From Muribaculaceae bacterium (GTDB lineage: Bacteria > Bacteroidota > Bacteroidia > Bacteroidales > Muribaculaceae): a stretch of DNA of 64,000 nt. The DNA is taken from positions 19,341-83,340 of the forward strand of contig JBJEDC010000092.1 of assembly GCA_051871645.1 (NCBI GenBank). The letters run 5' to 3'. The notes below the pieces were generated by a model that did no database searches, was not told the DNA's origin, and saw only the letters and a program-made list of their open reading frames with translations. Shown here in pieces: positions 31,143 to 40,193 of this stretch. Every line of letters starts with the position of its first letter. Within the stretch, counting starts at the first letter, position 1. Both the position numbers and the translations under genes were made by a program.

Positions 31143-31931
31143 ATGGACAGCCCCATTCTCGAGATACTTGTGACCACGCACGGCGCGGACGGCCTGCGGC
31201 GCGTCGAGGAGATGCGCCTGCCGGAGGTGCCTGGCGTGCGCTATCTCGTGAGCTGTCAGTCCAAGCCCGTTCCCATTCCCGAGTCTTTGGGTAGCCGTGC
31301 CGACATCGATACCCGCTTCATTGATGGCACAGGCTCGTCGGCCAACCGCAATGCACTGCTTGACCGGGCTACGGCATCCCTCGTGATGTTCGCTGACAAC
31401 GACCTGACGCTCAAAGCGGAATGGATTGAGACGATGATAAAAACCATGGCTGAAAACCCGGACCTTGACGGCGCCTGTTTCCAGCCACAGGACAAAATGC
31501 GTGCATATCCCGCCAAGTCTTTCATGCTTAAGGCTCATGCTTCACCTTATCATTATGCGCTGATATATGAACTTGTGTTTCGCCGCGAGGCACTGATGGC
31601 GACCGGTGTGCGTTTTTCGTCGCGCATGGGCATCAATGCTCCATATCTCCACTCGGGTGAAGATGACCTGTTCGTATATCGAATTCTTTGCAAGGGGTTA
31701 CACATCAAATATTTTCCAACAATCACCTACAATCATCCGCATCTCAGCACAGGTTTTCGCCATCAACGGCCGGGTGTTTTGCGCTCGCGTGGCGCCGTCC
31801 TGCAGACGATGTATCCGCTGACCGGCGTGGCGCGTATGGTGCGACTGGCCTATAGACTTCCGCAGCGCACGCTGCCGGCCTTCGGGCACATGTTGGAAGG
31901 GGCGGTCTATGCTGTCACGCACAGACTGTAA
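31143..31931 (+). CDS. Glycosyltransferase family 2
   Basis: LEILVTT, GSSANRNALL, MFADND (DxD), SGEDDLF. Confidence 0.8.
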   Translation: MDSPILEILVTTHGADGLRRVEEMRLPEVPGVRYLVSCQSKPVPIPESLGSRADIDTRFIDGTGSSANRNALLDRATASLVMFADNDLTLKAEWIETMIKTMAENPDLDGACFQPQDKMRAYPAKSFMLKAHASPYHYALIYELVFRREALMATGVRFSSRMGINAPYLHSGEDDLFVYRILCKGLHIKYFPTITYNHPHLSTGFRHQRPGVLRSRGAVLQTMYPLTGVARMVRLAYRLPQRTLPAFGHMLEGAVYAVTHRL

Positions 31932-31953
31932 TAACTGTATGATTTTGAAATAA

Positions 31954-32892
31954 TCAGATGAGAGGGCGTAAAATCTGGGCGGCGCCTTTGCCGCCAAGTC
32001 GGCGGTAGGTGTAGGCCATGCTCAGGAGCAGGCGGTGATAGGCCGATGGTGTTTTGGCAATAGCCTGGTGGTAAATCTTTTCGGCGGATTCGCGATTGCC
32101 CTCGCGATAGATGTCGGCGGCGAGAATGACCTCCTTCAAGGCAATCCAATGGCTCTTACGTTCGGGCAACTGACGCTTGATGCCCTCGAGCGACGGGCCG
32201 TATTTGCCGATGCGTGACGAGAAATTGGGACCGCTGACCGAATTGCCGAAATTATGCTGTACAACCGTAGGCCAGCCTGCTATCTTGACGATGAGGGGAG
32301 ACTGATTGAGAAGGCGTGAACCCAGTTCGATGTCTTCCCAGACAGGCATGTCTTCAGCCCAGCCGCCGACTTTATGGAAAAGTTCGGTGCGGGCCATGTA
32401 TCGCTGAGTGGCCATGGAACCGTGGAAGAGATTGTGGAACTGAGCGTCGGCGCTATAGAATGCCAGGAGTTTGCGCTTGCCCGAAGGGTCTTCGCTGATG
32501 ACGTTCCAGCCTACGATTTCGGCGTCGGGGTTCTGCTCGGCTACCGTCATGGCGCGGTTGATGTGGTTGGGCAGCATTTCGTCATCCGAGTCGAAGAAGA
32601 GCACCCAGTCGGTGTCGGCCTCCCGCAGGCCGCGGTTACGTGCGGCGCCCTGACCGAGTTTTTCCTCAGTAACGAGCACCAGGCGCGGCTTTTTGTGTCC
32701 CACGGGTACCGACCAGTTGCGGAAGGCAAGCTTTATAGCCTCGGACGTTTCGTCGGTCGAGGCATTGTCAACAACGATAACGGCATCGGGCTGCCGCGAC
32801 TGGGTCATCACCGAACGCAGGGTACCCATCACCAGGGCAACGCGGTTGCGCACGGGAATAATAACCGAAACTGTTTGTTTTCTTTGTTCCAT
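31954..32892 (-). CDS. Glycosyltransferase family 2
   Basis: VSVIIPVRNR, VVDNASTD, AARNRGL, FFDSDD, WEDIE. Confidence 0.9.
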   Translation of the reverse strand: MEQRKQTVSVIIPVRNRVALVMGTLRSVMTQSRQPDAVIVVDNASTDETSEAIKLAFRNWSVPVGHKKPRLVLVTEEKLGQGAARNRGLREADTDWVLFFDSDDEMLPNHINRAMTVAEQNPDAEIVGWNVISEDPSGKRKLLAFYSADAQFHNLFHGSMATQRYMARTELFHKVGGWAEDMPVWEDIELGSRLLNQSPLIVKIAGWPTVVQHNFGNSVSGPNFSSRIGKYGPSLEGIKRQLPERKSHWIALKEVILAADIYREGNRESAEKIYHQAIAKTPSAYHRLLLSMAYTYRRLGGKGAAQILRPLI

Positions 32893-33279
32893 ATTCACTG
32901 CAAAGATAACAAATTAAACCGAAATAGCGTTATAAAATCACCGCGATACACATTTATAAATAATAACAACCATTGGACCTGTACGGTTGTCTCGAGTGTA
33001 CTTTGTAAGCCGTCTCCGGCCTTTAACCCGGTATGGAAACCGGCAAGATTTTTGCGTTTTAATTTTTTTTAACGGATGCAATGGCGGCGACAGAATTAAA
33101 GTTGCTACCTTTGCCTTCGAACAAATTCCTGTTTTACGGAGTCTCGTAAGGGCATATCCCAACCGGGACCCTTAATTTTATGGTGTTCGGCAAAGCCTGA
33201 GCGATGCCGGCGCTTCATTTTTTATCTAATTCATCAAATAACTCAGTTCTAATACACACACTGACAAATCATTAATATC

Positions 33280-33750
33280 ATGGCTATTACATACATGACA
33301 AAAGAAGGCTACAACAAAAAAATGGAGGAAATAGCCTACCTCGAATCGGTAAAACGCCCCGAAATCTCGGCAGCCATAGCCGAGGCACGCGACAAAGGTG
33401 ACCTTTCGGAGAACTCGGAATACGACGCCGCCAAGGAGGCCCAGGGTATGCTCGAGATGAAAATCTCGCAGCTCAAGGACCTTGTCGCCAACGCCCGCAT
33501 CATCGACGAAAAGAAGCTCAACACCGAAGAAGTGCAGATACTTAACCGCGTAAAAATCAAGAATGTGGCCAACGGCATGACTATGGAGTATACCATCGTC
33601 GCCGACTCCGAGGCCAACCTCAAGGAGAAGAAAATCGCCTCGTCGACCCCCATCGCCCAGGGCCTCCTCGGTCACAAGAAGGGTGACATCGTGGAAATCC
33701 GCGTTCCCTCGGGCCTGATGAAGTTCGAGATTGTCGAGATTTCAATTTAA
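33280..33750 (+). CDS. greA: Transcription elongation factor GreA
   Basis: IAEARDKGDLSENSEYDAAKE...STPIAQGLLGHKKGD. Confidence 0.98.
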   Translation: MAITYMTKEGYNKKMEEIAYLESVKRPEISAAIAEARDKGDLSENSEYDAAKEAQGMLEMKISQLKDLVANARIIDEKKLNTEEVQILNRVKIKNVANGMTMEYTIVADSEANLKEKKIASSTPIAQGLLGHKKGDIVEIRVPSGLMKFEIVEISI

Positions 33751-33762
33751 GAATTTATTAAT

Positions 33763-33843
33763 TCGGGAACCCCGAGTTCTTCAAGATATCCGAGATTTTC
33801 GAGAATCTCGGGATGCTCGGGTATATCGAGCCACTCGCGACCC
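33763..33843. repeat. Degenerate 9-bp tandem array (9 units, YCGRG core)
   Basis: tcgggaacc ccgagttct tcaagatat ccgagattt tcgagaatc tcgggatgc tcgggtata tcgagccac tcgcgaccc. Confidence 0.75.
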
Positions 33844-33865
33844 CGAACTCTAAAAACAAACCGTT

Positions 33866-34261
33866 ATGCCTACAATTTTTTCGCGCATCGCCGCCGGCGA
33901 GATACCTTCGTACAAGGTTGCCGAGGACGACAAATATTTCGCTTTCCTCGACATCAATCCCGTGGCTCCCGGCCATGTGCTGGTTATACCCAAGAAAGAG
34001 GAGAGCTATATCTTCAACCTTGATGCCGAAACATACGCCGGCCTCACCATGTTTGCCCGCCGTGTGGCCAAGGCTCTTGAGAAGGCTGTGCCGTGCAAGC
34101 GCATCGGCGTGTGCGTGATAGGCCTTGAAGTGCCTCACGCTCACATCCACCTCGTGCCTCTCAACAGCGAGGCCGACATGGACTTCCGCAAGCCCAAGCT
34201 CACGCTTCCCGACGATGAGATGCGCCGCATAGCCGACGCCATCGCCGCAAATTTCGAATAA
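33866..34261 (+). CDS. HIT family protein
   Basis: IFSRIAAGEIP, AFLDINP, GHVLVIPK, EVPHAHIHLVP. Confidence 0.96.
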   Translation: MPTIFSRIAAGEIPSYKVAEDDKYFAFLDINPVAPGHVLVIPKKEESYIFNLDAETYAGLTMFARRVAKALEKAVPCKRIGVCVIGLEVPHAHIHLVPLNSEADMDFRKPKLTLPDDEMRRIADAIAANFE

Positions 34262-34294
34262 GCGGTATTAACCGCTGAAAACCAATCACAAGCA

Positions 34295-35407
34295 ATGAAA
34301 AGCAAAGTTATAATTTGTGCCGCCACTGTGCTGGCTCTGACCGCGTGCTCTAAGACCGACGGCTGGAAGGTGCAGGGCACGGTAAAGGGCGCAACCGAGA
34401 CTGACACCCTCTTCCTCGAGGAGTCCGTCGCCGACAACTGGCACCTCGTCGAGTCCATGGCTCTCAAGGACGGCAAATTTGAATATGCCTCTGAGGCGGC
34501 CGCTGCCACGCCTTCGATTTATCGTCTGCGTCTGGGCGAAAAGTACATCTATTTCCCCGTTGACTCCATCGAAACCGTCGAGGTGTCGGCCAATAAGAAT
34601 GGTTTTGACCGCGGTTACGTCCTTTCCGGCAACAAAGCCGCCGCCGGCTTTGTCACGGCCGACTCGCTCGTGGCTGCCTTCGTCGACAACGGCGGCACGG
34701 TCAACGACCCCGCTTACGGTCTGCTTAAGCGTCAGTTGAGTCTGATGGTCAATCAGGATTCGACCTGCCTGCTGTCGTACTACATTGTGGGCAAGGAAAT
34801 CGGCGACCGTCCGGTCTTCGGTACCGATAACAGGGCTGACCTGCGCGTGCTCGCCAATGCCGTCAACAACTACTCGCGCCTGCGCCCCAACGACCCGCGC
34901 TTCGGTATGCTGAAGAGCCGCTGGGAGAACGGCCGCAAGGCACTCGGCGTCTACGGTAATCCCGTCAGCGTGGCCGCCACCGTCAAGGGACGTCCCGATG
35001 TGGAAATCAAATATTACGATGCCAACGGCAATCTGCAGGACTTCGACAAGATTGTAGGCCGCGGCGGCGTGACCATCCTCAACCTCACCCGCTACGACGG
35101 CGAGGGCTCGCAGACAAATACTCTGGCTCTCAACGAGGTGTACGAGAAATACAAGGGCGCAGGCCTTCAGATTTACCAGATTGGCTACGACACGGACGAG
35201 CACGCTTGGCGCCGTTCGGCCGTCAACATGCCCTGGACGACCGTCTGGGCTCCCCTCACCGATGACAGCAAGGTGCTGACCACTTATATGGCCGACCCAG
35301 TCAACGGCGCTCCCGTCTCGTTCGTCTTCAACGGCCAGGGCGACGTGGCCGCTCGTGTCGAGAATCCGGCCGAGCTGGATGCTGCTGTTGCAAAGGCAAT
35401 GAAGTGA
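34295..35407 (+). CDS. DUF4369/TlpA-like thioredoxin-fold lipoprotein (no CxxC)
   Basis: Lipobox LTAC; LNEVYEKYKGAGLQIYQIGYD...W...MPW. Confidence 0.75.
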   Translation: MKSKVIICAATVLALTACSKTDGWKVQGTVKGATETDTLFLEESVADNWHLVESMALKDGKFEYASEAAAATPSIYRLRLGEKYIYFPVDSIETVEVSANKNGFDRGYVLSGNKAAAGFVTADSLVAAFVDNGGTVNDPAYGLLKRQLSLMVNQDSTCLLSYYIVGKEIGDRPVFGTDNRADLRVLANAVNNYSRLRPNDPRFGMLKSRWENGRKALGVYGNPVSVAATVKGRPDVEIKYYDANGNLQDFDKIVGRGGVTILNLTRYDGEGSQTNTLALNEVYEKYKGAGLQIYQIGYDTDEHAWRRSAVNMPWTTVWAPLTDDSKVLTTYMADPVNGAPVSFVFNGQGDVAARVENPAELDAAVAKAMK

Positions 35408-35426
35408 CCATCCACACTCTCCGAGG

Positions 35427-36455
35427 ATGAGAATAGGCGATATAGACCTGGGCGAGCGCCCGCTGATGCTGGCACCGATGGAGGACGTCACCGACGCCTC
35501 CTTCCGCTTGATATGTAAGGAAATGGGCGCCGACATGACGTATTCGGAATTTGTCAGCGCCGATGCCCTGGTCCGCAATATCGCGTCCACGACACGCAAG
35601 CTCGAAATCAATCCCGGCGAGCGGCCTACGGCAATACAGATCTATGGCCGTGACCCCGATACCATGGCCGAGGCCGCCAGGATTGTCGAGCAGGCGCATC
35701 CCGACATCATCGACATAAACTTCGGCTGCCCGGTCAAGAAGGTGGCCGGAAAGGGTGCCGGAGCGGGCTTGCTGCGCGATGTCCCGCGTATGCTCGAAAT
35801 CACCCGTGCCGTCGTAAACGCCGTCAGCGTCCCTGTCACCGCCAAGACGCGTCTTGGATGGGACAGCAACAGCAAAATCATCACCACCCTTGCCGAACAG
35901 CTTCAGGATTGCGGCATAGCGGCTCTCACCGTACACGGGCGCACGCGCGCGCAGATGTACACGGGGCAGGCCGACTGGGAGGCGATAGCGTGCGTCAAGG
36001 AAAATCCGCGCCTGCGCATCCCGCTCATCGGCAACGGCGACATCACCACTCCGGAGCTGGCGCGCGAGGCTTTCGACCGCTACGGCGTGGACGGTGTCAT
36101 GGTAGGCCGTGCGGCTTTCGGCGCTCCCTGGATTTTCCGGTACATGCGCCAGTGCATTGACTCGCCGGACGGCTCATGGCGGCCTCTCCCGCTTGCCGAG
36201 GCATTCACGCTGATACGCAGGCAGATAACAGAAAGTGTGGACCGCATCGACGAATACCGTGGCATCCTCCACATCCGTCGTCATCTTGCCGCCTCGCCGC
36301 TTTTCAAGGGCATTCCAGACTTCAGGCCAACCCGCATCGCCATGCTGCGCGCCAATACCCTGGCCGAGCTGATGGAGATACTCGATGACATTCAGCGACA
36401 CCTCGACACCGGTGAGTCCTTTGGCGATACCGGGCAGTCAGAAAACAATAGCTAA
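35427..36455 (+). CDS. dusB: tRNA-dihydrouridine synthase B
   Basis: LAPMEDVTD, DINFGCP, TVHGRTR, IGNGDI, VMVGR. Confidence 0.95.
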   Translation: MRIGDIDLGERPLMLAPMEDVTDASFRLICKEMGADMTYSEFVSADALVRNIASTTRKLEINPGERPTAIQIYGRDPDTMAEAARIVEQAHPDIIDINFGCPVKKVAGKGAGAGLLRDVPRMLEITRAVVNAVSVPVTAKTRLGWDSNSKIITTLAEQLQDCGIAALTVHGRTRAQMYTGQADWEAIACVKENPRLRIPLIGNGDITTPELAREAFDRYGVDGVMVGRAAFGAPWIFRYMRQCIDSPDGSWRPLPLAEAFTLIRRQITESVDRIDEYRGILHIRRHLAASPLFKGIPDFRPTRIAMLRANTLAELMEILDDIQRHLDTGESFGDTGQSENNS

Positions 36456-36469
36456 AAATAATTGCAACT

Positions 36470-37189
36470 ATGAAAAAGTTACTGATGATACTGGCCGTTG
36501 TCGTGGCCGCAGTGGGCTGCGCCGGCGCACAGAACAGCGTTGAAACCCAGCGTTTCGCATTCAACAAGGGCGATTTTGCCAAAATCCGTGTCAACGACGA
36601 TATTAATGTCGAGTATTTCGCCAACGCCGACTCGGCCGGATACATAGTCTTTGAATGTGACCCCCGCGCCGCCTCGGACATGCTTTTTACCATTGATAAG
36701 GAAACTCTTAAGATTGAGACGGCAGACCCGGAGACGTTGCGCTTCCGCCTGCCGACAATTCGTGTATACTCCAAGTTCCTCAGCAGCGTCGAAAACTCGG
36801 GCGACTCAACCGTTTTTGTCAACAGTCCCGCTCCCGGAGCTGAAATCTCGCTGCGTGTGGTAGGTAACGGCCGAATCGTGGCCAGGGGCCTGCACGTCGG
36901 CACGGTAAATGCCAAAATAGACACCGGCAACGGCAGCATCGTCCTCGAGGGCGAGGCAAGCGTTGAGAAACTTCGCAACGTCGGTGCCGGTACCATCCAG
37001 GGCGGAAGCCTCAAGGTACAGAGTGCTCAGATTATTATCGGTGGCACCGGCTCGGTGGACTGCTGGGTATTGAATGACCTGAATGTCAAGGGACTCGGCT
37101 CAGGTAAAATATACCTGAAAGGCGACCCCAAGGTCAAGAACCGCACTCTCGGCTCCATCAAGGTCGTGAAGATGGACGAGGCTCAGTAA
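36470..37189 (+). CDS. DUF2807 / GIN-domain exported protein
   Basis: Signal peptide; repeated GNG/GSG beta-roll turns; GSGKIYLKGDP. Confidence 0.75.
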   Translation: MKKLLMILAVVVAAVGCAGAQNSVETQRFAFNKGDFAKIRVNDDINVEYFANADSAGYIVFECDPRAASDMLFTIDKETLKIETADPETLRFRLPTIRVYSKFLSSVENSGDSTVFVNSPAPGAEISLRVVGNGRIVARGLHVGTVNAKIDTGNGSIVLEGEASVEKLRNVGAGTIQGGSLKVQSAQIIIGGTGSVDCWVLNDLNVKGLGSGKIYLKGDPKVKNRTLGSIKVVKMDEAQ

Positions 37190-37222
37190 AAGATTGCAAC
37201 GTAGTTTCGTGTATTTGAAGCC

Positions 37223-39052
37223 ATGAAGAAGTCCTTGCTGTTTTTCGCTGCCTACTGGGCGATGCTGCTGGCTGTCTTCGTGGCTTTGAAGTTGCTGTTT
37301 CTGCTGGTCGAACCGGCGTACACTCTTGCAGACATGGCAATGGCGCCGCGGATTGTCGTCGCCGGCCTGTCAATGGACATCTCGGTGAGCGCCTACCTGG
37401 TCTCGCCGCTGCTCCTCGGACTGATAACGGCGCAGTGGGTACGTTGGAAGGGATGGCGGAAACTGCTGGCATGCTATTCGTGGTTTGTCGCAGCAGCGGT
37501 GTCGGTGACGGCAGCTGTCGACGCGATGCTGTTCCCATACTGGGGCTTTCGTTTTGAGTCGACACCAATCTTCCATTTCACTTCCTCGCCGCGGCTTGCT
37601 CTTGCCAGCGTCCCCTGGTGGCAGGTCGTGCTGGGAGTTCTGGCGACGGTGGCGCTCTGCTGTGGAATGTTCCTGCTCCTGCGTCTGACGTTCAGGCTGT
37701 TACTCAATGGGCAGGCTGAAAATTCCCGCAAAGCAAAGATTGTCAACACCGTTGTCCTTGTCCTTGTTGCCGCGGCGATGATTATCCCCATACGCGGTGG
37801 GGTGGGGGTGAGCACTATGAATCCCGGACGTGTCTATTTCTGCGGCGACATGAACCTCAACCGCGCCGCTCAGAATCCCTTTTTCACGCTGATGTACTCG
37901 CTGACCCATGCCGACAGGCTCGGCAAGGAGTTCAACTTTTACAGTGATGCCGAGGCCCGGGAAATTTTGCACCCGGTATTCGCGCGTCCCGAGGGTCCCG
38001 ACAGTTGCATCATCGCCTTGAAAGCCCCGAAGCCTGATTTTTATCTCGTTGTGCTCGAGAGCTTCTCTGCTCATGTCATGCCGTCGTCGGGCGGCGAGAA
38101 CATAGCTCCGAAACTTGACGAGGCGGCGCGTCAGGGCGTCAGCTTCACCAATTTCTATGCCGAGTCTTTCCGCACCGACCGAGCCCTGGCAACTATCCTG
38201 AGCGGCTATCCGTCGTTGCCCACGACGTCGGTGTTCAAGTACACCCGAAAGTTCGAAAATCTGCCGTCGCTGGCCCGCGAACTGGCAAAGGCCGGATATT
38301 CCCCGACTTATTATTACGGCGGTGACATAAACTTCGCCAACCAGGGCGGCTATCTGCATGCCACCGGCTATGAGAAACTTGTCTCGGAGAAAGATTTCCC
38401 GGCATCGTACAATACCGGCAAGTGGGGTGTCCCCGACGAGTTTGTTTTTGCCCGTGTCCTCGAGGATGTCGCCAAGTCCGACAAGAACGGTAAACCGCTT
38501 TTTGCAGTCGTGCAGACCTCGAGTTCGCATGAGCCGTTTGAGGTGCCTTTCAACCGCCTGGAAAACAAACGGGCCAACTCTATAGCGTACGCCGATTCGT
38601 GCTTAGGCGTCTTCCTTGACGGCCTGCGCAAGTCGGGGCGCTGGGACAATGCGCTGGTGGTAATCACCGGCGACCATTACGGCACCTATCCCGAAGGTCT
38701 CACAGACCCGCTGGCGCGGCATCATGTTCCGTTGGTCATCACCGGCGGAGCGGTGGAGGGCGCACCGGTCGCTGTTGCCGTGCCCGGCTCACAGAGCGGC
38801 ATAGCGCCTACCATCCTGGCTCTTATGGGGCTTGACAACTCGGTTTTCCCCCACAGCCGCAACATGCTCAGCGCTCGCCCCGGTGGTCAGTACGCATGGA
38901 TGAGCGAGCCCGACTGGTACTGCCTGCTGACCAACCCCAAGACTGCACCGGCAGTAGTGAATGTGTCGGGAAAGACCGACGACAGCAACCCGGCGGTGCG
39001 CCGGGCCAAGGCTTTTGTGCAGATAACCTACGATAATCTTGACGCGCGATGA
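37223..39052 (+). CDS. LTA synthase-family membrane sulfatase/phosphotransferase
   Basis: Five N-terminal TM helices; VVLESFS, RTDRAL, WGVPDE, TSSSHEPF, TGDH. Confidence 0.88.
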   Translation: MKKSLLFFAAYWAMLLAVFVALKLLFLLVEPAYTLADMAMAPRIVVAGLSMDISVSAYLVSPLLLGLITAQWVRWKGWRKLLACYSWFVAAAVSVTAAVDAMLFPYWGFRFESTPIFHFTSSPRLALASVPWWQVVLGVLATVALCCGMFLLLRLTFRLLLNGQAENSRKAKIVNTVVLVLVAAAMIIPIRGGVGVSTMNPGRVYFCGDMNLNRAAQNPFFTLMYSLTHADRLGKEFNFYSDAEAREILHPVFARPEGPDSCIIALKAPKPDFYLVVLESFSAHVMPSSGGENIAPKLDEAARQGVSFTNFYAESFRTDRALATILSGYPSLPTTSVFKYTRKFENLPSLARELAKAGYSPTYYYGGDINFANQGGYLHATGYEKLVSEKDFPASYNTGKWGVPDEFVFARVLEDVAKSDKNGKPLFAVVQTSSSHEPFEVPFNRLENKRANSIAYADSCLGVFLDGLRKSGRWDNALVVITGDHYGTYPEGLTDPLARHHVPLVITGGAVEGAPVAVAVPGSQSGIAPTILALMGLDNSVFPHSRNMLSARPGGQYAWMSEPDWYCLLTNPKTAPAVVNVSGKTDDSNPAVRRAKAFVQITYDNLDAR

Positions 39053-39711
39053 TAGAATTCCTCAATAACCTCGACATGCAGGCTCTGCTTGCCGTAAACG
39101 CAAATCACGGCGTCATCCCTGACGCGTTTATGATGGCGTACAGCAGCAAACTGATATGGGGGCCTATGTACCTGTCGCTTCTGTGGTTCTTGTGGAAAAG
39201 GCAGGGACTGACCTCCGCCGTGCTCATTCTGTTCGCGATAGTAACGACGATATCCATTGCGGACCAGACATGCGCGACAATTCTGCGCCCTATATTCGAG
39301 CGTCTGCGCCCGAGTCATAATGCCGAAATCGGCGGCCTTGTGCATGTCGTCAACGGCTACCGGGGCGGTCTCTATGGCTTCCCTTCGTGTCACGCCGCCA
39401 ACAGTGTGGCGCTGACGGTATGGTTCTTCATGCTTTGCGGCCCGCGCAGCCGCCTGACACAGATGCTGATAGTCTGGTGCCTGCTTACATGCTATTCGCG
39501 CATGTATCTCGGCGTTCATTATCCCGGCGACCTCTTCTTCGGAGCCGTCGTGGGCACGCTCAGCGCCCTCCTGTGCTGGTTCATCACCGTCCGTCTCTTC
39601 AAAGTCGGCAACTTCCGCGGCAATACCGCCACCGCCATTCCCGTCGGCGTTTTCCTGCTTACCGTCATCGCAATCCTTATCTACGCCATTGCCGGCCATT
39701 TTCTGGGATAA
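39049..39711 (+). CDS. PAP2 family phosphatase
   Basis: RPIFERLRPSH, FPSCHAAN, SRMYLGVHYPGD; 4-bp overlap with the upstream gene. Confidence 0.93.
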   Translation: MIEFLNNLDMQALLAVNANHGVIPDAFMMAYSSKLIWGPMYLSLLWFLWKRQGLTSAVLILFAIVTTISIADQTCATILRPIFERLRPSHNAEIGGLVHVVNGYRGGLYGFPSCHAANSVALTVWFFMLCGPRSRLTQMLIVWCLLTCYSRMYLGVHYPGDLFFGAVVGTLSALLCWFITVRLFKVGNFRGNTATAIPVGVFLLTVIAILIYAIAGHFLG

Positions 39712-39979
39712 CAGCCATCAATCCACAAAAAGGGGCAATCGAAAATCGCTTCCGGTTGCCCCCTCACGTTTCAACTATTTACTTTGAGCCCGAGGGGGAC
39801 AGCATCACTGCTCACCCCAAAGGCCATTGGGGATGTGGGTATTCGTTTCTCTTTCTTTTTACGCTACAGTACCTTAACGTCCCCCGGCCCATAATTCCCG
39901 CCCTCCAACCCCTAAAAGTCATTAAAGTTTCCTAAATCCCCGATTTACAAACGTTAAACCACTGACAAAATGTGATATT

Positions 39980-40069
39980 TACCATATAAAAGGCCCCTAT
40001 GAGCGATTTTATTAATCATACCAAATAAAAACGCCCATAATGCATTTTTATCAGGTATACCAAATAAAA
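39980..40069. repeat. Degenerate 39-bp tandem repeat (2.3 units)
   Basis: TACCA(T/A)ATAAAA at 39980, 40019 and 40058. Confidence 0.7.
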
Positions 40070-40193
40070 TTTTCGGTTAAAATTGAATTTTTCAACATTT
40101 GTTGAGATTTGTTGTCACAAAAGTGGGTACTTTTGCGTCTGATAAGAGATGACAGTAAAATCTCACGATATTTAATAAACCGAAAAGATTAAA

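Noticed and set aside
39980-40069. 39-bp periodic repeat as a mini-CRISPR
   Set aside because: Period too short, only about 12 bp conserved, fewer than three full units.
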